A stretch of DNA of 61,491 bases, the filler included, from Catajapyx aquilonaris (lineage: Eukaryota), in NCBI GenBank assembly GCA_000934665.2. It is 2 parts of 2 records of this genome, joined end to end, with 100 filler letters (N's around TTAATTAATTAA, not from the genome) between each part and the next. Parts side by side here need not be neighbours in the genome. Positions count along the whole stretch, not along the records: positions 30,739 to 61,491 come from JYFJ02004624.1; 1 more part is not named here. One strand, written 5' to 3'. The notes beneath the pieces are model-generated. The model saw nothing but the letters and a program-made list of their open reading frames with translations, was not told the origin of the DNA and did no database searches. Each line of letters opens with the position of its first letter. The first letter of the stretch is position 1. Shown in pieces: positions 39,383 through 50,900 of this stretch. Position numbers and translations under genes: made by a program.

Positions 39383-42300
39383 ATGGATCCTTCGAAGCAA
39401 CCACAGGATATAGAACTGAAGGATATGAGTGGACGGGAACCCGTAAAGTCTGGTGCCCCCCAAGTCAAGGACGAGACAATAATTATCCCAATCGAAACAC
39501 AACAGGGTGAAGAAGATGAGAGCATGAAAATTATCAACGAAGCTACAAGGCTCTTAGATCAAGGTTTTCAAGACAAAAAAGAATTGACTGAGATGTTGTT
39601 TGAAGTGATTAGAGTGGCGGATAAACCAGAACTAGTGGAGAAGTTTCTTAAAATCAAGGATGGGGTCGATGTTAATGCTGTAGGCGACAAGGGATGGACA
39701 TTGCTCCATGCAACAAGCAATTTCTGTCGTGACAAAGCACTACACAAGCTGCTGGAAATGAAGGCCGATGTGAATGCCAGAGACAATGAAGATTGCACAG
39801 CACTTCATTACATCGGGACAAAGGAAGGCGCCGAGTCTCTGATCAAGGCAAAGGCGTCCGTCCACGCCAAAGACCGATGCGGTGAAACCCCTCTTTTTGT
39901 TGCTGTTCGATCAAAAAACTGGGAAGTTGCAAAGGTTTTCCTGGATACAGATGCGACATGTATTGATGAAGTCAACAGAGACGGAATGACTGTACTTCAC
40001 GTTGCTGTGAAAGAATGTCGAGGATGGAGAACGATAGACAGATTGAAACGGGAAGGGGAAACAGAGGCTGATCAACAAGAAAGCTTGAAACAGGAACAGG
40101 AAAAATTTAAAAAGGAAAATGAAGTGATAGATCGACTACTGGGGATTCAGAATGACGGGGAAATATTAATACGCTACTGCAGAAACATGTCTGTCATTCA
40201 GAATGAGGCTGGTAATACTGCAGTCCACCTGGCAGCTGCATTAGGAAGGAAGGACATCTTGGAGAAACTGCTGTCGTACAGCGCACCTAACTATTACTAC
40301 GTTGCTCTGTGGATTCACAACAATGCAGGAAGAACTCCTCTACATCTAGCGGCAATGAGTGGCAATCCCGACCTTCTGGACTTGTGGGAAAATTGTCCTC
40401 GTCCTTCCGTCATGACCGGAATGTCCCGATGGTTCGGCCTTGGTACTTTGCTTTCCCTTACTAGCCACGAAGAAGACATTGGGTATAGTTTGGCAGGCTG
40501 GAGCGCGGTAAAAAAGAAATGTGATTTTCTCATACACGAAAATTATCCTACACACACTGAGTTGAAAATTGTCGTAACTAAGTTAACTGAGTTGAAAATT
40601 GCCGTAACTAAGTTGTTCACTGAGTTGAAAACTGAGGTAACTCATATCGAAACTGAGTCGATAATTGAGTTACCTAAATTGAAAACTGAGATAAATGAAT
40701 GGAAAAAGAAGGTAATTACATTAGAAACCAAGTTGAAAACTAAGTTAACACGGTTCAAAACTCAGATACATGATTTGAAAACTGAAGTAAGTAATAAGTT
40801 GAAATCTGAATTGCAAACAGGGGCAACTGAATTGGTAACCGAGTTGTCGACTGCGTTAACTAAGTTTAAAACTGAGGTTACTGTTTTGGAAACTGAGTTG
40901 GAAATTGAAGTAACTAATTTGGAAAAAGATATGTTGACTGAGATAACTGAGTTGATAAGTGAGGGATCTCAGTTAGGAACTGAGTTTACAAGGAAGTTAC
41001 TTAAGTTGAAAGACAGTGTAACTGAGTTGGAAACTAAGTGCAAATCTAAGATAACTGAGTTGGAAACTAAGTGCAAATCTAAGATAACTGAGTTGGAAAC
41101 TAAGTGCAAAACTAAGTTAACTAAGTTGGAAAATAAGTTACTTGAGCTCGAAAGATGTAGAGATAATGCTAAAGAATCAATGCGCAACATATGGTATCCA
41201 GCCAAGGACTTGGAAGGTAACACTGCCCTCCATTTGGCAGTCAGACACGGTCAGAAGGATATGGCGCAAGAGCTGATGACCAGAGGGATGAAGGACGCCC
41301 CAAATAAGCATGGTGACCGGGCATTGCACGTGGCGGTCTCTGAAGGACACTTTAGTGTTATGATGATGTTGTTGTATGTAATCGTTACCCGTGACTTCCA
41401 GTACCATCACAATGCCCGTAATATAGAAGGATGCACCCCTCTGCACATTGCAGCCCGATCTGGAAGGAAGGACATGGTGGAAGTCCTTTTAAGACAGAAA
41501 TGTGTCATGATAAATGCAAAGAATTGGAAAGGGGCAACCCCACTCCACGAAGCGGTGGTCAACAAGCACGAAGATGTCGCCAGAGTACTCATTCAGCACT
41601 GGGGAGATTTGGAGTGCATAGTGGACGGTGTCTCGACTGAAGATCTCATCATGAAGCAATTTCCGGGCTTGCTAGATTCTATCACACAACATACTTTTGA
41701 CAAACTATGTCCACGTAATGACTTGACTGCAGCACTTTATATAGAGAGGCCACATGTATTGAAACTAGTAATGGAAACAAGTAAAAAAACACTGAACGAG
41801 GTAAAAGAACAACTGGAAAAGGTAAAACTTCAACTGGCTGATGATACGGAACAACTGGAAAAGGAGGAACTACTGAAAAAACAAAAAGAACTGCAGGAGA
41901 AGGAAAAGGAAATTCACCAACCATTGAGTTACCTTCTTGAACGAGCATCTGTCCTTGGACTGGAAAGTTGCGTTGAGGAACTTCGCAGCAACTCCCACAT
42001 TATTAAAAATGTTAACGAAAGGGGTAACAAGTGGTTGACTCAAGCAGCATCGTGGGGACGTTACGAAATATTGATGAGGTACAAGAGCGGTCTGATGTAT
42101 TTGCGCACCAAACGAAAAAAAGACGGGGTACTCCACCTTCTATCTCAGGGACTTGACAATAGAGGGACAGACGCAGTTGAATGTTGTTCTCAGGTGAACG
42201 AAAATAATCAGACCCAAAGGTATGACGCCTGTATCGTTGAATTGCTGAAACATTTCAAGTCAGACGAATCTTCGAATCAATTAATCAACTCTGAAAACAC

Positions 42301-43963
42301 TGATGGAAGAACGCCTCTCTACTACTGCATCACAAACAGAAGTGAAGACACCACTGTTGAGATGCTCTTGCACGGGGCCGATCCATGGAAATTAGACAAG
42401 GACACAGGCCGGCCACTGATAAATAAGATTTCGGAATCAACTCTGAAAAAATATTTTGACAGATGCATTACACTGAGATCCAAGTCCGGCGACAATAACC
42501 TGAAAGCCTGCGTTAATTACCAGTTGATGAAGCCAAGAAGAAATGCGGCCGAATTTGAGATTCTGGAACATTTCAGCCAGACAGAGAAGCACAGGCCTCT
42601 CCTGAATCATCCAGTTCTCTCAACGTTCCTCTACTTCAAGATGAAGAATGTTGAGCTGTTGTTCTGGATTAATTTTATCATGTATGCTACATTTGTCGCG
42701 TCATGGACAATCACTGTGATTTTACCGTTGTTCTTGCCGGAAGACGAACATTTTCCAATAATTCTTAGAGTTTTCTGGTTGATTTCTTTCGATTTGTGGG
42801 TTGTCATGATTATCAGAGAATTTCTTCAAATGCGTCCAGATTTCAAGAAATATGTTCATCACTGGGAAAATATTACTGAAATTGGTATAATTTTTACATG
42901 TCTCCCTACTTTTTTTGGTTGGCCAAAACCTTCTTGGTTCATACATCACAGCCAGGCATTAGCCACACTCTTGATTTGGATGGAACTTGTAATGATGATG
43001 GGCAGGATCCCATACAAACGTGGCAATTTTGTGCAAATATTTTTCGCCGTAGCTAAAAGGTACGGTACGGGTTTCCTGGCACTTGGTGTCTTGATTGTTG
43101 GTTTTTGGTTCACTTTCATACTCCTGGACCATTTGTACCCTAAACCAGGTTTTGAACTTGGGGGGTCCTTATTCTCGAGTATGAATGGATCATTCTCACT
43201 GATGGCTTCTCTTATTCGAGGGGGAACCGACTTTCAGGACTTACCGTTTGCATACCTGACGATATTTGGCCAGATGATGTACATATCCTTCCTTCTCTTC
43301 GTTGTTTTAGTTTTCATGAATCTTCTTAATGCCTTAGCCTTCAACGAAACGCAAATTATCACAAATGAGGCAGAACTACACAGCAAGATATCAACTATTC
43401 GGCTAATTTGTCACATAGAATTAATTTTTTGGTCCAGGGCCTTTTCTACAAAATCTTATTCAAGTCAGTCAAGTATCATGTATAAGTTTTTGAAAAGGTT
43501 AGAGTGGCTGAGGCAACTGGTCATTCTCTCTCCCAAATTAAAGGACGATGTAGTGGTGGACTTGTCCACTGGAAAGGTCATGTTTGAAATGGCGGACGGA
43601 GAGGAACGCAACTTTCCTTGGGAGCTGCCTCGTGACAAATTGGAACCCCTGAAGGAATGGGTTAATCGCAATAAAGAAACAAGCGATTACATGGGCGTGA
43701 GCACTGGTGTATCAGCGGGAGAAGACAGTAAATCGAAATTACAAGAATTGCAGTGTTCAATAGAGCAGTTGAAATATAATTTGAAGAAAGAGACGTCAAC
43801 GCTGAAAGATGATTTGTTCGAACTAAGATGTGATTTGTTCCAACTGAAAGATGATTTGTCAGAACAACATGGCAGGATGAGGGTGATGTTAACAGAAGCT
43901 GTAATGGCGATAAATGAGAAAATGCCCAGAAGTGAAGAAGGACCTGTACAAAGCACAAGTTAA
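39383..43963 (+). CDS. TRPA-family (painless-like) ankyrin-repeat cation channel, copy 2, 1526 aa, single coding exon
   Basis: Uninterrupted ORF with about 12 ankyrin repeats (GWTLLH, GETPLF, GRTPLH, GNTALH, GCTPLH, GATPLH...), ISESTLKKYFDRCI, LLNHPVLSTFLYFK, a six-TM-like region, S6 MNLLNALA and a C-terminal coiled coil. The subfamily (painless versus wtrw/pyx/TRPA5) is an inference. Confidence 0.9.
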   Translation: MDPSKQPQDIELKDMSGREPVKSGAPQVKDETIIIPIETQQGEEDESMKIINEATRLLDQGFQDKKELTEMLFEVIRVADKPELVEKFLKIKDGVDVNAVGDKGWTLLHATSNFCRDKALHKLLEMKADVNARDNEDCTALHYIGTKEGAESLIKAKASVHAKDRCGETPLFVAVRSKNWEVAKVFLDTDATCIDEVNRDGMTVLHVAVKECRGWRTIDRLKREGETEADQQESLKQEQEKFKKENEVIDRLLGIQNDGEILIRYCRNMSVIQNEAGNTAVHLAAALGRKDILEKLLSYSAPNYYYVALWIHNNAGRTPLHLAAMSGNPDLLDLWENCPRPSVMTGMSRWFGLGTLLSLTSHEEDIGYSLAGWSAVKKKCDFLIHENYPTHTELKIVVTKLTELKIAVTKLFTELKTEVTHIETESIIELPKLKTEINEWKKKVITLETKLKTKLTRFKTQIHDLKTEVSNKLKSELQTGATELVTELSTALTKFKTEVTVLETELEIEVTNLEKDMLTEITELISEGSQLGTEFTRKLLKLKDSVTELETKCKSKITELETKCKSKITELETKCKTKLTKLENKLLELERCRDNAKESMRNIWYPAKDLEGNTALHLAVRHGQKDMAQELMTRGMKDAPNKHGDRALHVAVSEGHFSVMMMLLYVIVTRDFQYHHNARNIEGCTPLHIAARSGRKDMVEVLLRQKCVMINAKNWKGATPLHEAVVNKHEDVARVLIQHWGDLECIVDGVSTEDLIMKQFPGLLDSITQHTFDKLCPRNDLTAALYIERPHVLKLVMETSKKTLNEVKEQLEKVKLQLADDTEQLEKEELLKKQKELQEKEKEIHQPLSYLLERASVLGLESCVEELRSNSHIIKNVNERGNKWLTQAASWGRYEILMRYKSGLMYLRTKRKKDGVLHLLSQGLDNRGTDAVECCSQVNENNQTQRYDACIVELLKHFKSDESSNQLINSENTDGRTPLYYCITNRSEDTTVEMLLHGADPWKLDKDTGRPLINKISESTLKKYFDRCITLRSKSGDNNLKACVNYQLMKPRRNAAEFEILEHFSQTEKHRPLLNHPVLSTFLYFKMKNVELLFWINFIMYATFVASWTITVILPLFLPEDEHFPIILRVFWLISFDLWVVMIIREFLQMRPDFKKYVHHWENITEIGIIFTCLPTFFGWPKPSWFIHHSQALATLLIWMELVMMMGRIPYKRGNFVQIFFAVAKRYGTGFLALGVLIVGFWFTFILLDHLYPKPGFELGGSLFSSMNGSFSLMASLIRGGTDFQDLPFAYLTIFGQMMYISFLLFVVLVFMNLLNALAFNETQIITNEAELHSKISTIRLICHIELIFWSRAFSTKSYSSQSSIMYKFLKRLEWLRQLVILSPKLKDDVVVDLSTGKVMFEMADGEERNFPWELPRDKLEPLKEWVNRNKETSDYMGVSTGVSAGEDSKSKLQELQCSIEQLKYNLKKETSTLKDDLFELRCDLFQLKDDLSEQHGRMRVMLTEAVMAINEKMPRSEEGPVQSTS
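41018..41120 (+). repeat. 33-bp coding tandem repeat, about 3 copies (ITELETKCKSK)
   Basis: ATAACTGAGTTGGAAACTAAGTGCAAATCTAAG is repeated within TRPA copy 2. Confidence 0.9.
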
Positions 43964-44861
43964 AGCAAGTTACTTACAAGTTAGAATAGGGGTGATACAT
44001 GAAAATAAAATATTACTAAAATAAATTGTTGACATATACCTGCACCAAATCCTTACATACTGTGCCTATACGTATGCCCCCAATCCAAATCAGCACATTT
44101 GGACTTCCTTATCTCCACATCGTCCAACAAGTTCCACCACGAAAACTGGCCAGCACTCGTGTCCATCAATAAGCAAAGGTTAACCCACATTCTGCAGGAA
44201 ACACTTAAGTAAACTATGACAGAAAAGGGTCGAAAATTCAACAGAATCTCTGTCTTCCCAGCCCTTTTTCCTTGATTTCCCAGTTGATATTCCCCTCTGT
44301 GGGATGCATGCCTGGATATCACTGGTGAGTTTCCATTACAAAATACGTATCATTCGTTCCAGTTGTTGCTGATGAGTTACCCAAACTTGTCAAAATATTA
44401 TTTTGCAGTTCGCATTATACTTTGCACTTTTATTGTTAGGCTTCTGCCAAGTCAATTGTCATTTCGGAGAGTTAGACATTGTGCTGGATTATTGTCCTAC
44501 TTCTAAGGTTGGTGAAGGCAAAATAATAGGTCCGGTGCAACATCTGTGCAGATAAACCCCAGCAAGGAGATAACTGGAATGTCAATCGGCAAGGTAAAGG
44601 CACCAAGGTAATCTAACTCGAATGCACACCATTTTAACTATGATTAGCTATAAGTGTAATGTGGGTAAATTGTTTTGTAGGTTTTTGACATGTTTTTGTT
44701 ACACAAAAATTTGATAACAGACTACCAGAAGTTAGCTTCTTGCTATCTCATCTATCTTCGGGGTTGACCATTTGGGTGTGGTGGCCACCTGGGGTATATT
44801 GGACAAGATGATTCTGCTATATCAAGAGTAAAAATGCACAGGGCCATATAGAAATATGGCG

Positions 44862-45198
44862 AAGGAGGCGAAGTGGCGCTGCCGCTGCGGTAACGACGCA
44901 CGCGCCCACAGATGTTAATGTCCCGGGTTCGATCCCAGCCCGGGGTTCCCCCCTTCATCTCGTACAGAGTTGGGGCCATCTCTGGCTTCGTCTCGGGTGG
45001 ATTTTCTTAGACTAACCGCCCGGGGGAGTTCACAAAATGACCTCACCCACGACGTAGCACTGCACTTTGCACATCCCCCCTTCGCTCGCGGTACCCGGGC
45101 GTTACGCCTAAGGACCAAAAATGTTAGCTTGTACATCTTAAGCAAAATAAAGGTACCGTGCCAGATGTGCCTCGTTGGGCGGTGCACTAAACTCAATG

Positions 45199-45256
<58 letters not shown>

Positions 45257-45259
45257 ATA
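44862..45259 (+). mobile_element. tRNA-derived SINE with (TTG)n tail
   Basis: B box GGTTCGATCCC, a (TTG)n tail at about 45198-45256 and a 16-bp TSD ATATAGAAATATGGCG / ATATGGAAATATGGCG. The empty site is present at about 37642-37656. Confidence 0.85.
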
Positions 45260-45699
45260 ATATGGAAATATGGCGGGGCCGGCCTTTCAAGCCTAGCTGT
45301 TACAACCGAAAGTCCCTTATAGCTGAGGCTGTTATATCCGGATTCTACTGTAGGCTGTAATCATATTGACATGGCACGAGCTGCTCTAGGGGACATACCT
45401 GTAAGGTTGCAACTCCAGAATTTGAATCTGGATAAGAGACGCCCAGCAACTGCGCCCACTCTCTCTAACAATCAGACGTTACGGATATATTGTATGGTCC
45501 TATTTCATTACCAAAATATATTATGAAATTTTCAATATGGTGTGTATTCTTCGGGGATTCCCTCGCCCTTCTGAGAGCTCTCGGCACGCATCCAAGTGCG
45601 TAGCACGTGTTATTCGGTACTGCCATGCCGTCGCGTCGCCTATTTAGAAGCTCACGCAGAGCTCACGTGTCCGCAATTTGTACTGCCAGCATGTGAATG

Positions 45700-45752
<53 letters not shown>

Positions 45753-46246
45753 GGGTAGTGCCGCTTTCACCATACGTTACCGCAACGCCTCCCCAGAGTC
45801 CAGACTGCCAGCATGTCAATGTAAATGTCAACACACTCTCTGCAGGGATTTACCTCGTCCTTCGGGCTACCCTCGGCACAAGTCCAAGTATGTAAACTCT
45901 TCGCAGCATCCGTTTTAGACTAGTATGCGCAATCTCAGCTGTGGCCAGAAGTGGTCCAGTAAACGTTCATCGGGTATTTCCCAGTCAGAATCCTTAGCTT
46001 TCATCCAAGGGCTCATGTACTATAGGCATTTTATGTCCTGCTGGGAGCCAGAAATACCCCTCGAACTTGAGAAGCAGCATCCGGCCACAGTAGTCCCCGC
46101 GTTAGTTCATTTGGCTTCTGGACGTGGTAAAGATTGTGTGCGGGTTCATATTTCTCTGAACCAAACGTTAGACTTGGTCACAACTTTGCCAGTGAGGCCT
46201 ACACCAGCAGTGCCTCCGAGAATACTGCCTTCGCCTTTGTTTCAGT
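45700..46246 (-). mobile_element. Probable 5'-truncated non-LTR retroelement with (GAT)n tail
   Basis: A (CAT)n run at 45700-45750 is followed by a GC-richer body, with a possible TSD GTGAATGC / GTGAGTGC. It lies within an approximately 835-bp segment absent from the paralogous site at about 38010. Confidence 0.45.
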
Positions 46247-47511
46247 GAGTGCTCATTATTAAGGTGCATATTGCTGCATGTTAATATTAACAATTTTTAT
46301 TGTTCAAATAAAGGGGAAGTAACATTATCATGCATTAATTTTATTCATATTGCGATAATAGACTGTCTTTGTTATCTGAAACAGACCCTTCAATTTTTGG
46401 AACATTAGCAAAATCTTGGAAATAGGCATAAACATTGGAACATTATATGCCCTTGTTTTTATTTACAACAGTACTCTTCTTGTAGTGTCGGACAAAATTA
46501 GAAAACCGTAATAGAGAGGGCAAGGAGGTCAAGATATGAGCTAGCTAAATTACCTGATGAGGTAGGACTGTGTTATTTGCCAAAAATACATGCACACATT
46601 ATCGAGAGATTCCTCCTGGAGCCGAATGCATGCACTGGCAACCTCTCCAGGCCCTTCAAGAACCACTTTTTGCAGGTACTGCGCACCCACTCCTGGAGGA
46701 ATTGTAGAGAAAAACGTGTGGCATTCCATCTGTGATCGGTCGCATATCTCAGAATTTTCTCAGCAAATTAGTGATGAATCTGCAAAACATCCCTCATATT
46801 TTCTCGCAAGCCATGCATTAGCATACCTGGTTTCAAATTGAACATATTATTTAACCTTATGTGGGTCACAACTTATGATTGTCACCAAATATGACTGGCG
46901 TTACGCAAGCACATCACTAATTATATCGGAGTCCAAATTCATGGACATGTGGCTGAGCATGTGACGAATAGTACGAATGGTAGACGTTCTTCTGCTTACA
47001 TTTTTGAGGAGAATGTATTAATTTCATAGTTGCATTTTTCTAGCCTTATTTACTTCATTTGATATCTATGTTTACTGGGTTTTGACCAATTCCACTAACC
47101 GAAAAAGTTCTTCCAAAAAAAGGACTCATTTGTACAGCATTTGTAGCCATTTTAGCAAAATATGCAGACATGTTTAAAGGTATTTATTTATTCACTTATT
47201 TTAACCAAAATGGCAAACATCGCTAATATGAAATGTGGCATATTTGTAAATTTTGCAATTTTTTTTTACAAAATTCAATCAGAATTAATTTCCAATATTA
47301 TAACTTCATTATATGCCTTAGACTGTAGAAGATTAACTGAAGCATAGTTTATGCAATATTATATCACCATTTACAGCACTGGGACAGAATATTATGTGAT
47401 GACATATTAAAGTGTAGGTATTTGTATAATATTCATGACAATAAGGCTATACTAAGATATGAGTTTTAGTCCATCGAGTACATCCTCAGCTCAACTGATT
47501 TCCATTTCCAG

Positions 47512-47644
47512 GGAGACTCGGAATGATGCGTCATGAAATACTAATTATTCTGGACAGAAGGCACAGCAGCCAACAAATATTGTAGAGCGCCATCTTCTCT
47601 TTCATCGGACAACCATTTAAATCTATAGCTTATTTGATCACAAG
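47512..47644 (+). other. Putative 5'UTR exon A of TRPA copy 3
   Basis: TTTCCAG acceptor and AAG|GTAGGT donor; the next acceptor is at 47941, before ATG 47961. Confidence 0.55.
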
Positions 47645-47960
47645 GTAGGTAAAGGTCCTGCTTCATGCATTAGGAACTGAATAAGCACATTCAGAAATTA
47701 AGATATGACAGCTCTTGATATCACATATTACAATCATCGATGATTGTAATATGATTGTGATCTGATCAGATCGAATGCTGTTGTGATTCCAAGTCCACAG
47801 TGTACTCGTGAGTCAAGGAATTTACGGACATATTTAGCTGTTGTGACAGAAAAAGAGCGACAGCAATCATAGCTTTAGTTTTAGTACAAGTAGTGGTGTA
47901 TAAAAATGAGAATTAATTACAAGCAGTTAATTCAATTCAAGGGCATCCGAGTATACGACG

Positions 47961-50900
47961 ATGAATACTTCGAAGCAACCACAGAGTGAGGATATGGAAC
48001 TGAAGGATTTGAGTGAAAGGGCATCCTTAAAGTCTGATGATGTCCCCCAAGGCAAGGACGATACAATAATTATCCCAATCGAAACACAACAAGGTGAAGA
48101 TGATGAGAGAGAGATTATCAAGGAAGCTACAAGGCTCTTAAAACAAGGTTTTAAAGACAGAAAAGAATTGACTGAGATGTTGTTTGAAGTGATTAGAGTG
48201 GCGGATGAACCAGAACTAGTGGAGGAGTTTCTTACAATCAAGGATGGAGTTGATGTTAATGCTGTAGGCGACAAGGGATGGACACTGCTCCATGCAACAG
48301 GCCATTTCTCTCGTGACCAAACACAAAACATGTTGCTCGACAGGAAAGCCAGTGTGAATGTCACAAACGATGACGGTTGCACAGCACTTCATTACATCGG
48401 GACAAAGGAAGGCGCCGAGTCTCTGATCAAGGCAAAGGCGTCCGTCCACGCCAAAGACCGATGCGGTGAAACCCCTCTTTTTGTTGCTGTTCGATCAAAA
48501 AACTGGGAAGTTGCAAAGGTTTTCCTGGATACAGATGCGACATGTATTGAAGAAGTCAACAGAGACGGAATGACTGTACTTCACGTTGCTGTGAAAGAAT
48601 GTCGAGGATGGACAGATGAACGGCTAATAGACAGATTGAAACGGGGAGGGGAAACAGAGGATGAGAAACAAGAAAGATTGAAACGGGAACAGGAACATTT
48701 TAAGAAGGAAAATTATATGATAAAATTATTAATACGCTACTGCAGAAACATGTCTGTCATTCAGAATGAGGCTGGTAATACTCCAGTCCACCTGGCAGCT
48801 GCATTAGGAAGGAAGGACATCATGGAGAAACTGCTGTCGTCCAGCGCACCTAACAACTATTACGTTGCTCTGTGGACTCACAACAATGCAGGAAGAACGC
48901 CTCTACATCTAGCCGCAATGAGTGGCAATCTCGACCTTCTGGACTTGTGGGAAAATTGTCCTCGTCCTTCCGTCACGACCAGAATGTCTCGATGGTTCGG
49001 CATTGGTACTCTGCATTCCCTTACTAGCCACGAAGAAGACATTGCGTCTAGTTTGGCAGGCTGGAGCGCGGAAAAGAAGAAATGTGATTTTCTCATACAA
49101 GAAAATGATCCTACTCACACTGAATTAAAAACTAAGTTAACTGAGTTGAAAATTGCAGTAGCTGAGTTGTTCACTGAGTTGAAAACTGAGGTAACTCATA
49201 CCGACAATGAAACAATGATAACTGAGTTACCTAAATTGAGAACTGAGATAAGTGAACGTGAAAAGAAACTAACTACATTACAAACCGAGTTGAAAACTAA
49301 GCTAACTGAGTTCAAAACTAAGATAACTAAGTTGAAAACTGAAGTGCAAACAGGGGCAACTGAAGTGCAAACAGGGGCATCTGAAGTGCAAACAGGGGCA
49401 ACTGAAGTGCAAACAGGGGCAACTGAAGCGCAGACAGGGGCAACTGAAGTGCAAACAGGGGCAACTGAAGTGCAAACAGGGGCAACTGAAGTGCAAACAG
49501 GGGCATCTGAAGTGCAAACAGGGGCATCTGAAGTGCAAACAGGGGCAACTGAAGTGCAATTCTGTTGCTCCTGTTTGCAATTCTGTTGCCCCTGTTTGAA
49601 AACAGGGGCAAATGAATTGCAAACAGTGGTAACTGCATTGCAAACAGGGGCAACTGAAATGGTTTCCGAGTTGGCGACTGCGTTAACTAAGTTTAAAACT
49701 GAGATTACTGATTTGGAAACTGAGTTGGAAACTGAGGTAACTAATTTGGAAAAAGTGTTGACTGCGTCAACTGAGTTGTTAAGTGAGGGATCTATGTTGG
49801 AAACTGAGATTATAAGCAATTATAAGTCAACGTTGAAAGCCAACGTAACTGAGTTGGAAGCTAAGTGCGTAACTAAGTTAACTGAGTTGGACAATAAGTT
49901 ACTTGAGCCCGAAAGATGTACAGATAATGCTAAAGAATCAATGCGAAACCTGTGGTATCCAGCCAAGGACTTGGAAGGTAACACTGCCCTCCATTTGGCA
50001 GTCAGACACGGTCAGAAGGATATGGCGCAAGAGCTGATGACCAGAGGCATGAAGGACACCCCAAATAAGCATGGTGACCGGGCATTGCACGTGGCGGTCA
50101 CTGAGGGACACTTGGACGTCGTGCAGGGATTGTTGGAATTCCAGGTTGGGACTGATAACCAGCAGTACCGTCACAATGCTCGTAATACAGACGGATGCAC
50201 CCCTCTGCACATTGCAGCCCGATCTGGGAGGAAGGACATGGTGGAAGTCCTTTTAAGACAGAAGTATGTAATGATAAACGCAAAGAATTGGAATGGGGCA
50301 ACCCCACTCCACGAAGCGGTGGTCAACAAGCACGAAGATGTCGCCAGAGTACTCATTCAGCACTGGGGAGATTTGGAGTGCAGAGTGGATGGTATCTCGA
50401 CTGAATATCTCATCATGGAACAATTTTCGGGCTTGCTAGATTCTATCACACAACTTACCTTTGACAAACTGTGTCCACGTAATGACTTGACTGCAGCACT
50501 TTATATAGAGAGGCCACATGTATTGAAGGAAATACTGGAAACAAGTAAAAAATCACTGGACGAGATAAAAGAACACCTGGCAAAGGTAAAACTTCAACTG
50601 GCAGAAGAAACGGAACAACTGGAAGATGAGGAACTACTGAAAAAGCAAAAAGAACTGCAGGAGAAGGAAAAGGAGATTCACCAACAACTAAATAGAGACA
50701 TTTCTTCGAGTTACCTTCTTGAACGAGCATCTGTTCTTGGACTGGAAAGTTGTGTTGAGGAACTTCGCAGCAACTCACACATTATTAAAAATGTTAACGA
50801 AAGGGGTAACAAGTGGTTGACTCAAGCAGCATCGTGGGGACGTTACGAAATATTGATGAGGGACATGAAAGGTCTGAAGGATTTGTGCACCAAACGAAAA

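Noticed and set aside
49338..49559. CRISPR-like array
   Set aside because: The units are contiguous with no spacers, lie in frame within a eukaryotic CDS, and no cas genes are present.
49196..49819. Antisense ORFs of 207, 113 and 108 aa over the 21-bp repeat, and many other ORFs antisense to the TRPA genes
   Set aside because: These are by-products of stop-free repeats and of codon bias on the coding strand.
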